A stretch of 64,000 nucleotides of DNA, from assembly GCA_013239625.1 (NCBI GenBank), contig MU057344.1, forward strand, positions 560,276-624,275, written 5' to 3'. The position numbers and the translations under genes are program-made. This document shows, in pieces, positions 1 through 12,020 of the stretch; within the stretch, counting starts at the first letter, position 1; every line of letters starts with the position of its first letter. The notes beneath the pieces were generated by a model, which saw nothing but the letters and a program-made list of their open reading frames with translations, ran no database searches and was not told where the DNA came from. The DNA is from Lama guanicoe. Its lineage: Eukaryota.

Positions 1-428
1 AGCTCTTTTCAGTGGGTTTCTACATCACGTTATAAACCACGTTAACCAACTGCATTTAACTGTGAGATTTACCTCAGGCCCCAGGTCCAGTTTTCCCAAC
101 ACACCCACGGAGCTCTTTATCCTGGTCTGAGATCAAACTCATTATGTGGACTTTACCAAGCACCTGTTTCTTAAAACAACTTAGCACTGAAGAGTGTGTT
201 TTCACTTGTTGAATTAAGACAATTTTCTATGTAGACAAACTACCCCAAAACGATGTAATGAGGGGAAAACACACCAGAAGGAAAATGAAATGCCTACTCA
301 GAATGACCTACAATAAATTCATGCTTTCAGCTAAAATTTCATTCTCTTCTCTTTCAACTGTGCCAGATAATGAAAATAGAAACAGACCACATTTCAATGT
401 AACAGGAAAGAAAACAAATGCTCTGTAC

Positions 429-556
429 CCCCTTCTGCTGAATGACTACGATGCCTCCGTTTCTCTTTTCTCTTTTCGTCTTTCCTGTGGTGAGCTTTCT
501 CCTTTCGAGACATTTGCTGGGGTGGTTTGATAGCCAAAGAATCATCCTCCTCTCCT
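429..556 (-). CDS. CDK11B: CDK11 coding exon 4 (gene continues beyond window start)
   Basis: tttcag|A GGA GAG... encodes GEEDDSLAIKPPQQMSRKEKAHHRKDEKRKEKRRHRSHSAEG; donor gtacag; matches CDK11p110 N-terminus. Confidence 0.95.
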
Positions 557-799
557 CTGAAACAAGACACCACAGCATCACATCATGCTTGAGAAAGTCA
601 GGCTGGGAGCATCTGGCTATGGTGAAGCTTCTCGAACCCGCAGAAACAAAGGCTCAGATGTGAATAAAGTTGAGTCTCAACCGTCATTTAAAAGAATTTG
701 TTAATTATGAAACATAAGCCCAAACTGTATGTTAGACACAGATTCAGAGGAAAAGTGCACATGGGGAATCAGTGTGATAAACGGAACTGAAATCTCTGA

Positions 800-935
800 T
801 GAACCGTAGGCTGTGATGGGCAGGTTCATCATCATGATGGTGGTGACAGTTTTATAGGTAATTATACAAAACCGGGTCAAACAACACACTTAAATATGTG
901 CAGTTTGTTACTTATACCTCAATAAGGTTGTTAAA
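800..935 (+). mobile_element. Old L1 (L1M-type) 3' end fragment
   Basis: ggtggtgacag...cacacttaaatatgtgcagtttg...atacctcaataagg resembles old L1 3' termini; boundaries approximate. Confidence 0.5.
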
Positions 936-1508
936 GAAGGTCCCACCATTTTAATCAAACTTAATGATCTCAAAAGGTCATTCAACAGCAATCTTCCAAC
1001 ACTACATAACCAAAACTTTGGGAGAAGTCACACCCTGATGCCTTTTTGCCTTAATTTCTGGTTAGGCTGCTTTTAATTTCTTGACAGTGGACACAGGAGG
1101 AAACAAGTGAGGAGACACCATGGCCCAGAACACATGGACCTCAGCAGGGACATTTCTGTCCCAAGGCCTTGCTCAGGTATCCTTCACAAGTACTTTGGTT
1201 ATCTACACAAAATGTCAGGCAGTCATCATTTTACAACCACCACAGACATTTGGCAAAACCATTCTGAAGTACCACGTACATGGTGCAGACGGGACTGAAG
1301 AACAAGCACAAAGGAAGGAACACACGCAGTCCTTTCACGATGGGTGGGCGACAACCGGCCCTGCACAGGACCTCACTCCGACTGCGAGGTAAACCACAGA
1401 TCACGACCACAAACCTCTGAAGTAACACTGAGAGGGACCAGCCAGTACCACAGCCCTGCAGTGGGGCCCCGGCCACCTCTCGGAGGAGCCCAGCATGCCT
1501 CTCCTCAC

Positions 1509-1624
1509 CTGTCCTCCATGGAGTCCTCTCTTCTGTAGGGGGAGTTCCTTATTGTTATCTCCATGCGGTGGTCCCTCAGCTCCCCTTCCTCAAGGGAATC
1601 CCGCTTGGAATCCCGGTCATCAGA
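1509..1624 (-). CDS. CDK11B: CDK11 coding exon 3
   Basis: tcttag|TCT GAT GAC; SDDRDSKRDSLEEGELRDHRMEITIRNSPYRREDSMEDR; donor gtgagg; 116 nt. Confidence 0.96.
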
Positions 1625-2202
1625 CTAAGAAGCAAGGAGAAAGTAATCTTCCTCACAGATAAGCATATTTGTAATGATACTCGAACCTTGCAAACATCCA
1701 AAAACAAACTTTCATATACACTTTGAATGGACCGATGTTATAAAACACAGAAACCTTTCATTCAAATTCCATTACATCAGAATTATAACTCTGTTACCCA
1801 GAACTTGAGAAATTTAAAACCATTATACATGGCAGAGGATGTTAGATTCTGTGCCAAGTATGTTAGTTCTTCATATGAGCCAAAACTGAGCCGAAAAGCA
1901 TACCTTACACACCAAATACTTTGCACTGTCTCACAAGGTACTTATAAAAGACGTAAAATGCTAACATTAGCCTCAAGGCAACGTCCTACTATACTAAAAA
2001 TACTTGGAAATGGCATCATGAACAGGATGAAGAAATGAGAAAAATCAGTCCAACTGTGCTAATGATTTTAGACCCAAAGCACTTGATTCTGCATACAGAC
2101 ACGATCATCTGCATGCAACTTTAGTATGTTATCCGTCCGTCTTCAACGTAAACTGAGTATCCCAAGGTTTTTGTTAATTTTTGAAACAGATTTTGGGCTC
2201 AC

Positions 2203-2249
2203 CTGAAACATTTGGAAGTACAAAAGAACTTCACCGAAGAAGCGCTGTT
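2203..2249 (-). other. CDK11B: CDK11 47-nt alternative cassette exon (frameshifting; internal ATG)
   Basis: acceptor tttttccattag, donor CAG|gtgagc; ends ATG TTT CAG in frame with exon 3. Confidence 0.7.
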
Positions 2250-2321
2250 CTAATGGAAAAACGAGGGTAAAAAAATTAAATCTCCTTATAAAAACCCACT
2301 TACTTAAAAAACAGGGCTTAC

Positions 2322-2432
2322 GTTTTTTAAGCGTTTTATCTCTGCTTTCTCCTCTTGTTCCTTCCGTCGTTTCTTCTCCTGGAGAATTTCATCTAAAGTT
2401 TTCACTTTCCAAGAGTCCTTTTCATCACCCAT
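2322..2432 (-). CDS. CDK11B: CDK11 first coding exon (exon 2; exon starts at 2445)
   Basis: ATG 2432; MGDEKDSWKVKTLDEILQEKKRRKEQEEKAEIKRLKN; acceptor tgcag, donor gtaagc. Confidence 0.97.
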
Positions 2433-2799
2433 TTGAGTTAAAACACTGCAAAAACAAAAAGAATTCAAACTGCGTCAGGGCACAGCGCCACAGTCTGATG
2501 CTATGTTGTCTCCAAACACTTCGGCCGCGTCACTTCTGAGCGCTTCAGTACAAAGCGTCGTTACGAGCGATGGGCTCTGGAAAATGACCGCTTGGACTCA
2601 AGTCTCTTTCCTGTCATTCCCGTCCGTCCGACCTAGGCCAAGGCACTTCGGCTCAGGTACCACTCCGTAACCGCCAAGACCACCACCTGATGGCAGCATC
2701 GTCTGGGGATAAAGTGAGACCATGAGGGTAGAGCTCGGAGCTCAGCACCTGGCACTCCCCTAGTACTGTTTCTGCCATCAGCGGGATTCACTGTAAGTA

Positions 2800-3720
2800 C
2801 CACCTGGGCTGCGTGAGCCCCTCGCCCGCCTGACGGCCGCGGCCGCATCGCAGGACACGAGGGCCGGCGGTGGGGGGGCGCTCTGTGGGCGCGCTCGCAG
2901 AGCGGGCCGCGCTTTCCCGGTCTCTGGGTTCAGTCGCGCTAACCGGGGTTCGGCCCCGCAAGGGGACTGGGGGAGCGTCTGGGCTCGCCGCCTCCTCAAC
3001 TCAACCCCGAGGTCCGCGCGGGGCGAGATGGGACGCGGAAGCGGGGAGTGTCGCCCGGCCCGCGCGCGAGGCCCGCCGGGATCCGAGAGCTCGGGTGAGC
3101 CGGCCGCACCCCCCGGCCGCCCACCCCGCCGCCGCCGCTCACCCCCGTGCCCCCGCCGCCGCCGCCGCCGCCGGTCTCGGAGCCTGAGGAGAAACAGCGC
3201 CCGGCGCGCTCCAGGAGCGTCGTCACTTCCTGCGTCGGCGCGGGCTGATGACAAAACAGGGCAGCCCGCGGCCGCCGCCTGTTCCGGACTGGAGCGGAGC
3301 GCTTGGCGCGCGCCTTGCTTCCCCACCTGGATCGACGCTTACGGGTGACGACATCCGGCGCGCCGGGTTGGGGCGAATCCTGGTGGGGAGCCCCGCCCCC
3401 TGGGGCCCCGCCCCCGCCCCCGCCCTCGTTGCTCGGAGCCGGCGGACGTCGGGGACCCCCGGGGCCGACCCTGCGCCGCTGCCCTCCAGTCCCCGCCTCG
3501 GGCTTCTCCCCGGTTGCTGGCATGTGGCCCAGGGGAGTCCTGCGCCGAGGAAGGACCCCAGTGATGCTGCGGTTGACCCAGTTTTCCGAAAAGGGAAAGA
3601 AAGTCTTGTCCCCGCAGCCACGCATCTGGCTCAAGCTTCTGCAAAGCCGGGCAGGGCGCGTTCACAGGCGGTTCCTCACGCTTGGCGCTTCCTCACATTT
3701 GCCTGCAAAGGTTTTAAAGA
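2800..3720. promoter_or_regulatory. CDK11B: CDK11 CpG-island promoter
   Basis: Very GC/CpG-rich; ETS motif GGAAGTGAC (minus, about 3222-3230); GC boxes about 3390-3425. Confidence 0.85.
3143..3230 (-). other. CDK11B: CDK11 non-coding exon 1 with short (CGG)n tract
   Basis: Donor GGG|gtgagc at 3142; resembles recalled human CDK11 5'UTR; TSS approximate. Confidence 0.75.
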
Positions 3721-3819
3721 CCCGCGCTCCCAAGGTTCCGCCTCAAACATGCTGAGGGTCGTGGAATGAGGAAGGCCTCTTCCCTAGCTCAGGTTTTCTG
3801 GGACCTTTGTGGTTTTAAG

Positions 3820-4368
3820 TGATAACGGAAAATTGGTAATCCAACAATCTGAATCTCTGAAAAGAGAATGGAAGATAAACGTTCACTCACATCTGCTGGA
3901 CCTGAAATGGGAAATGTGTGGGCCCAACGGTCGTCCTTCAAAATCCACCGAGCCCTACCTACCCTCCGTTCCTGGACTCTCAGATGTCCGTCCCGTAACA
4001 GATAAAGGGATACACACTTTACTGGGTGTGTTTGCACTAACAAAGTCCTAGGTCATGCCCCATCTAACAGCTCAGGCTGGCTTGTTTCAGCCCACTTTGT
4101 CAGTCAGAAACAGACCCACCGCCCTTCTCGGACCCTAAACTTACCTCACAACCACTCAGAACCTTGTGCACAAGCTGATCAGGGACCTTGTGACCCAGCC
4201 TTATAAAACACCCCAATAGCTGGCCCCCAGCGTTCACACAGGTACCTTTCGCCTATGTGGCCTGCTGTTTTCTGTGGCAGTGTAACCCAATAAACACTGT
4301 TCTCATTCTTTGTCTTTGCTAAATTCTTTTACCACCTAAGCGCCTCTAGCCCACCTTGTCTCGTAACA
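3820..4368 (+). mobile_element. Solo ERV1-like LTR
   Basis: TATA-like ttataaaa 4201, AATAAA 4289-4294, U5-like taaattcttttacc, ends ...cgtaaca; 5' boundary uncertain. Confidence 0.6.
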
Positions 4369-4562
4369 AAATGTAGAATGTGACAATAATCAGGGCACAA
4401 AAAGGGTGCATGGAATTGGAATTTTTTTTCTCCCCCTGGAAGGAAACGTTTATCCAAGCTCTTGTTTTACTTCCTGAGTTCTTGGTAACAGGAAAAAAAC
4501 TTTAATTTTTTTTTTAAACTCCATGCTGAAAATGGGTGAAGGCAGTAAGAAACCACCTTGTA

Positions 4563-4691
4563 GGGGAGAGGGTATGGCTTAAGTAATACAGCATGTGCTT
4601 AGCATGCATGAGGTCCTGGGTTCAATCCCGAGTACCTCCTCTAAGAATAAATAAGTAAACCTAATTGTCTCCTTTGACCAAAAAAAAAAAA
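4563..4691 (+). mobile_element. tRNA-Ala-derived SINE (camelid Vic-1-like)
   Basis: ggggagagggtatggctt...gcttagcatgcatgaggtcctgggttcaatccc...; A-rich tail. Confidence 0.85.
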
Positions 4692-4774
4692 CCAAAACCC
4701 ACATTGGTTCATTTTAGTAACGCAGATACTTAAGAATTAAACAAGAAAGAAAACAAAGAAGTACACATTTAACA

Positions 4775-4780
4775 TTTATT
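4775..4780 (-). terminator. SLC35E2B: Candidate SLC35E2B polyadenylation signal (implies about 3.4 kb 3'UTR)
   Basis: AATAAA on minus strand followed by a U-rich tract. Confidence 0.55.
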
Positions 4781-7700
4781 TTACTTTTGTGGAACAAGAG
4801 TCTTAGATAGTTGCTACTATGGTGGCCTATTAGACAAAAATAACGAGGAGGCGTTCACAGGATTAACTGCACAGCATCAGTGTATCACCACAGAAGTGAC
4901 AGTGCCTCGCTAACAACCACCTTCTAGAAAGCATTGGCTTAGTCACATAAATACTGAAATAGGTGAAACGCAGAACACTACACTTAGTACAATGTGATTT
5001 TTAGTTCTCCACAGGCTCATGTGGTATGAAGCAAATATAATCCAGTTATGCAGACAATTACTGACGTAATTTTCAAGTCTTTCAGTGTGGGAAGGACACC
5101 CTGACTGTGGCCCTCCTCAACGCAGTGCCCCCCACCCCGGCAGGTTCAGACTCTGCTCACACACCTGCGGTCGAGAAAGGGCGCATCAGCTGAACGTGTT
5201 TCCCTGCAATGAAACCTGAAAAACGACGACGAAGATGACGACAACAACTCTGCCAATTAGAACAGCTTCCAGCTCAGTCTGGATATCCAGGCATGGATCC
5301 AACAGCCAGCCAACTCAGAATCAGAGCTCTCAGGAAAACCGGGAGAAATACTTCAGGGACAGCCACCGTGAAGGTTTTATACTCTGAGCTGCAGGGTGAG
5401 GAGCCACCAACGGTCAGCACAGCCTCACAACTCTGCTCTCGGCTCCTCAGCCGGGACAGAGAAACAGGCAGCTGCATCGGGGGAGCTGGGACGTCAGTTA
5501 TAAACTCAGAAAACAAAGTGGCCCCAACCAGGACACACATGTATTTTGGAAAAGAGCAGAGCCCTCAGTACAAACGGCTCGAAGGCAGCGAGGAGAGGGT
5601 TTCTATCTGCAATGACATCCTTGTTTAATCTTTCAACCCAGGGAAAAGGGAAAACACGTTCATGCCTCAGGAAGCACCTCACTGGGACAGACAGAAGACG
5701 TGGTGCATGGTTGTGACCCCCCCACTGGCCCGGCTGTAAGTGCCCACCCACAGGACAGGACCACAACAGGAAGCAAGCCCACTGGTTTGGGGAAAACTAC
5801 TTCAAGTGCAGGCCGCAAGCATGGCTTCGCCTGGCCCATCTTCTCTGTGCGCTCCTTCACTGTTTGAATCACCGTGCGGCTCCCCCCCAAATTAAAGACA
5901 CATTTTGGATTGCACAAGTCTTCCCAGCTTTCCAAGGCAGATTATTCTAATGTTGATACACAGGAAGTTATGACTATGGGGATTTAAAAAAATAAAGCTT
6001 TCTATGCCACTCAGTAGTGGAAATTCCCCTGAAAGTCGGAGATTTCAACATCTTAAGTATTGATGTAAGTGAGCAGATACCAGACAGGAAGGCTGGTTCA
6101 AGTGTTTGTTCAGAGGCACCGACAGTGACCACGGACACAGGAGGAACTGACCTGACATAACACACACCTAGTTGGCTGCTAGGGACAGTTCAAAGAAAAG
6201 GACACACAAAACTGGGACGAAGTTACTTAAAAACCATGTCATGTCTGTACAGTCTTTACACGAGTGGCCAGGCCGGGCTGCGGGTTCTGACTCGGAGCAG
6301 GGCGTCCTGGAAATGCCCACCACGTGGACTGAGGGGTGGAGACAGTGGACGGAATGTGGCTGCAGCCCTGCTCTGTCGCCCTCCCACCCAGGATGAGAAA
6401 AGTGTCAAAAGCAGTTGCATGAGAAATTGCCTCATTTGCTAATAATTTGGAGAAATCTTTGTTTCTGGTCTAAAAATTTAGAAAATCAAAACAGACTGAA
6501 AGCCACTTGTGAAAGCAGGTCCACAGGAGGTGCAGAGCTGGGCCCTCAACGTGCTCAGACAGGTGGCCGCACCTCTGAGCCCACCTGGATGAGCGTGCGG
6601 CGGGCGACTGCATACCTCTCCCCCTGCTCCCAGCATACAGGCTGCAGCTAGCGTGGCAGACACATTCTGAGGGCGCAGGCAGGCAGGAGCCCCGTGGAAG
6701 TGGTGCTTTTACCCTGGTCCTCATGGTCAGTGCCCCAGCCCACCAGCCCAGGCACCTTTGAAGGATCCTCTTCAGTTTTGCTTTTTGAAGCAGGAAGAGA
6801 GGAAAGGGAACAGACTGGGAAAGTCACATGAGACACACCTGCATGGCGAGGCTGAGCTCATCCCGCAGGTGGTCACACACCCGCCGGCCCTCTGGCCCAG
6901 GTCAGCGTCATAAAAAGGTGGTGTGTAGTTTAAAAGGCTTCATTTAAATTCATCATCAGGACAGACTTCTTACAGAAGGCAGGACTTACTGAGACGTAAT
7001 TATTGCTCTTTGTTTCTAAGAGATTAATCTCCAGGAGGGGCTGTTTTATATTTTCCAGTTGAGAAGCCAACTGGAAAACCAGAGACCCGCTGACGGGAGC
7101 CAGGGCCTGGGCAGCAGGGAGTCGGTGGGACTAGGGAACAACTGGTGCCTTACGCTCCTTGTCTCCCCAAACCTGCCCCTGTCCCCAAGGCAGGTCCGAG
7201 ACAGCAGGCAGCAGCCCGACCCCCGAGCCAGGCTGCATCGGGCCAGCCCTGGGGCTCCGGCTCCGAAGCAAGCAAAGACACGAGGAGCCTCAGCCCGACA
7301 CGGGGCTCGCCTGGCGGGGCCGGGGGTTCGGAGCGTGGCCACCCACTCACGGGACGCACCTGGGTGCTCCCTGTGCCTGCGTCTCCTTCGTCAGAAACCA
7401 TGCCGCCACTTGAGAGGCGGCCTAACGAGCCCTGTGAGCGCCCCGGCGTGTCCCGCTCCCCTCTCACGGGAAAAACCGCACACCCTCGGTGAAGGGACGC
7501 AGGCGAGGCTCCTGGCAGCTGAGTGGAGAAAGGTGCTCCCCAGAACCCTCCGAACACCTGCTGCACAGTCCAGACCAACAAAGGGGATGCCAGCATCTCC
7601 CCACCCCCAGCTAAACACCGCAGGCCGGAAGTCTCACGGGGGTCTCTGGCCTGCACCCCAGCCACAGGTGCGGGGAGGAACCTCAGGAGGCGGGGCTTCA

Positions 7701-8172
7701 GTGCAGCACAGACCCCGAAAGGGGCAGGGCACCCTCCCCTTCCCTGAGCGACCTTCCCCAAGTGGTCCTGCTGTGGGCAGCTCAGCCTTGGGAGGGAGGG
7801 TGGGGAGGCAAGGGCCCAATCCCCATGCGCAGGAGCAGGACCCCGGTTTCCACACCCCATCTGCCCCTCCACTGCCTGGCTGCTATGGCCTCTGTGGCCA
7901 GGTAGTGGGTGTCTCAGCCTTCAGTCCTGGCACAGTGGACCTCCAAGGCTGGTGGGAGAAAGTTTCATATAGCGTGGCAATGGCTCAGTGGCAGTGGTGG
8001 TCTCGGCCCTAGAAGGCTGGCATCTGGACCCCAAGGCCAGTTCTGACCAAAAACCCAAGACAAGGACAGGGAAGGCTGCACACCCCTGCCCCCCGCCCAG
8101 GACCTGTGGAGCCTGGGGTCCCCACAGCAGCCTCCTGAGAGGAGGGGCGCCGTGGCACGTGGGGCCTGGAGC

Positions 8173-8523
<351 letters not shown>

Positions 8524-9750
8524 TCAGGGGCTTATTTCGCCTTACTTGGCTTCATCATTATTTTGACTGAAACAGTTTTCCCTATATTACAGACATTATG
8601 ACCTTTTACCCCTAAAAGCTCCAGCCTGGTCTCTACAGAAAGAGGAAGTTCCCCTCACTGCCCTGGAGGAAAGCAGACCCCGCAGGGGACCGTGTTGAGT
8701 GGAAACAGGCTGTCCAGTCCCTGAGGGGACTGTGAGAAGATGAAGGGAGACCCAGAGCCCCCGGCTCTTCCTGGGATCACGATAAACGGGTTTTCTCATC
8801 TCCTGCCTCTTCCCAACTTCCTACAGTGAGTAGGTACTGCTCTTACAATATGGATAAAACCCCAAAAAAGCTATTTTCTTTAAAAAGAATTGGTTTTCTG
8901 TACTTTTTTGCACTGTCACTAACAATCACTGAGGAACAAAGTTTCAGGCGCATGTGGAATTAATTCTGGGCCTCACACTGACATGCGGAGCCCGGCAGTG
9001 CCCACTGTGGGCTTCCAGTGCCCTTGGCAATCAGGCTGCTCGGGCGCCAGACACGGGATGGCGGGGGCCAGGCGGGTGGCACTGGCTCTGTGGAGGGAGG
9101 GGCGCCGGCTGCCTGGGGACTGAGGCCGGCTTGATGCCTCCTCCCTGCTGCCTTCAGCTTGGGATGGTTCTGAAGCTGAAGGACAAAGGCCCGCTGACCC
9201 ACGGCGGGGCCTGCTGGCCACGTCCCCTCGCTCCTCCCTATTTGTCACCAAAAGCGCCCCAGTCGTGCAATCATGCTTCGTTAAATCCGTCCCGCTGCAG
9301 AAGGGGGAAGGTGCTAAGGAGGCCTTCGGCTCACCTCTCCATTTCAGAGCCGGGCTGTCCAATGGGGAGCCGACGGCCACATGCGGCTGCTCCAGTCTGG
9401 GCCGATGACAGTCATACAGGAGTAAGTCAGGCACCTCATCTCAGGTGCTCAGCAGCCACATGTGTCCTGCCTGGACACCTGTCACGCTGGGTGACTCCAC
9501 TGACAGTGTTATTCTGCACGGAAATACACTGGAACCACCCCCAACAGCCCACCGTGTACAGAGCCTACACTCCACTGTACTTCAAGTGGCACCGACACAG
9601 GACGCCCTGGTAATTACGATGCGTGACCACAGCAGTCAGTACGTCTGTGATTCTGCAACCACAAATACCTTCCATGCAAATGTCTAGATTTCAAGGCACC
9701 CCCTGTGAACAACCTGGACACAGCTGAGCCCCGGAGAGCTGCCGTCCTCA

Positions 9751-10056
<306 letters not shown>

Positions 10057-10169
10057 TCAGGGAGACGCCAGCAAAGCTACACTGAGGTTCCACCCACACC
10101 CATGGGAGGTGCTCCTGCCAAGAAAAAACAGTGACCTAGGAAGTGAGCAGCAGGGCGAGGAGGTGGAGA

Positions 10170-11105
10170 AGGCAGGACCTCGTGCACTGCTGGTGCGGTG
10201 AACGCCACAGCCGCAGTCGCTCCTCAAAGAATTGCACAATTGCCGTGAGCTCCAGCAGCCCCACTTGAGGGTAAAGGGGGAAGAAATGAAAACAGGGCCT
10301 TGAAGAAATACTTGTACAGCAGCCCTGGGGGGAGCAACCCAGCTGTCCATCCACAGGTGGCAGATGAACAAAATGCGCTCCATTCACACAGTGGAGCATT
10401 ATTCAGCCCTAAAAAGAAAGGAGATTCTGAACGGCTACCACGTGGATGAACCTTGAGGACACTGCGCTCAGTGAAATAAGCCGTCACAACAGGCCACTGT
10501 GTGGCCCCACTTCTGTGAGGTCCCCAGAGGAGTCAAAATCCTACAAACAGCAAGTAGGGGGTGGGGGCCCGGGGCTGGCGGGGTGAGGAACTCGGAACAC
10601 ACCTCCCCCAAACATGCCACTTTGCCGTAAGGACTATTTTGAGCTAAAGGCACTTAGAAAACAGCAGGAGCAGGAAGAGGCCCTTCTCCTTCCCAGGAGC
10701 AGGTCCCCCACAGAGATGCCCTCCCTGAACCAGGTGGAGGCGGGACTCAGGTGACCTTGCTACCATCCTCCGTCACCCTTCAGCCACCGTGTCACAGTCA
10801 CTTGCCCACTAACGCCTTGGTTCTGCCACTCACTTGAACTCCACTTCCTCCCGTGTCACGTAAAGCTTGTATGAAATAACTCCATGTGCTTATCACCTGT
10901 TAGGTCAGTTTAATTCTGAGGCCCAGCCAGAGAGCCTAGGAGTGGAGAGGTAAGTCTGGAGGAGCTGGTGTTTCTTGGGGACAGAGTTTGGGTTTGAGAT
11001 GATGACAATGTTGTGGTGATGGCTACACAACGTGAACATATTTGATGTGCATTTAAAAAAAGTTAGAGTGGACAATATTGTATACTTTCTAAAACAATAA
11101 AAAGG
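10170..11105 (+). mobile_element. L1M(A/B)-type 3' end interrupted by an LTR
   Basis: ttattcagccctaaaaagaaaggagattctg...ggatgaaccttgaggac...agtgaaataagcc; terminal aataaaaa about 11096. Confidence 0.75.
10585..10956 (+). mobile_element. MER34/MER39-like ERV1 solo LTR nested in L1
   Basis: cccccaaacatgccactttgccgtaaggactattttgagctaaaggc resembles the MER34-family 5' end. Confidence 0.6.
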
Positions 11106-11690
11106 ATTTCGGATGTATGTATTCTTTCAAACAACCATTCCAGGAATGTAACCCAGAGAAACACCCTCTCCTGCTAAAGACATGACAGTGACATGACTGT
11201 GGACGGGCAGGGATGGATCAGGACGGAGCCTCACGTGGGCAGGGCCGTAGGACAGGACAACCCAGGTCTGCACAGACACGGGCCTGTGCTTTCATAAGAC
11301 GGTGGACTCACACGACACTTGTGAGGGCGTGCGTGTGTCTGTGGCCCCCAGGCTCGTTGGGAAGCAGCCGCTGGGAGGGGCCGGGGACAGGCTTCCACGG
11401 TTCCACATACTTCTGCCCTGTTAACTGCTCTGCAGTGGGCACATGATATTTTTAAATAATACTAGTAACCAAATATAAGCAAGCCTAAAAGTCCCCACAC
11501 ACAAACTCCAGGGCACCCTGTGCCTAGCTCAGCCCCCGTGGGCGCCCCACTGCACTCTGTGTGGCCTCCTGCTCCCAGAGGCCTCGCTACCTCTGTGCAG
11601 AGCTCAGCAAAGCCCGACCACAATGGGGACTGGCGCCCCAGGGCCTGGGCCATCTGCTCCAGAAGCACTGAGGACGCACCGCAGACTCAC

Positions 11691-11763
11691 CATGAAGAAG
11701 ACCCAGGCAGGGACCAGCATGGCCACGGCCGCCGCACTGGTGTAGAACTGCAGCTCCGCGGCC
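11691..11763 (-). CDS. SLC35E2B: SLC35E2B coding exon 6
   Basis: AAELQFYTSAAAVAMLVPAWVFFM; 73 nt; cacag / gtgagt. Confidence 0.95.
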
Positions 11764-11966
11764 CTGTGGGGAGTCAGGGTGGGGGGACAGCGCCTGAGCC
11801 TCTCTGCGGGGGGGCCGGCCCAACCCACCCCCAGCAAGGGGTCCCCATGGGCAAGTGGGGCAGGCAGGGTTTTCCTCCAGGCACCCAAGCCACATGGGAG
11901 GGGTTCGGGGGCCCGGGACACCCTAGCGTCCATCGGGCAGAGTCCGCACTTGGTGGCGATACTTAC

Positions 11967-12020
11967 GAGAACCTGTATTTGTCCCCGCTGAGGAGCTTTT
12001 TGGAAAAAACATTTTGCAAA
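11967..12020 (-). CDS. SLC35E2B: SLC35E2B coding exon 5
   Basis: LQNVFSKKLLSGDKYRFS; 54 nt; ttctag / gtaagt. Confidence 0.95.

Noticed and set aside
7020-7031. Perfect palindrome GAGATTAATCTC (homeodomain-like)
   Set aside because: 12-bp palindromes are expected several times in 64 kb; no supporting context
7059-8012. 317-aa plus-strand ORF
   Set aside because: Antisense to the GC-rich SLC35E2B 3'UTR, non-ATG start, no recognisable domain
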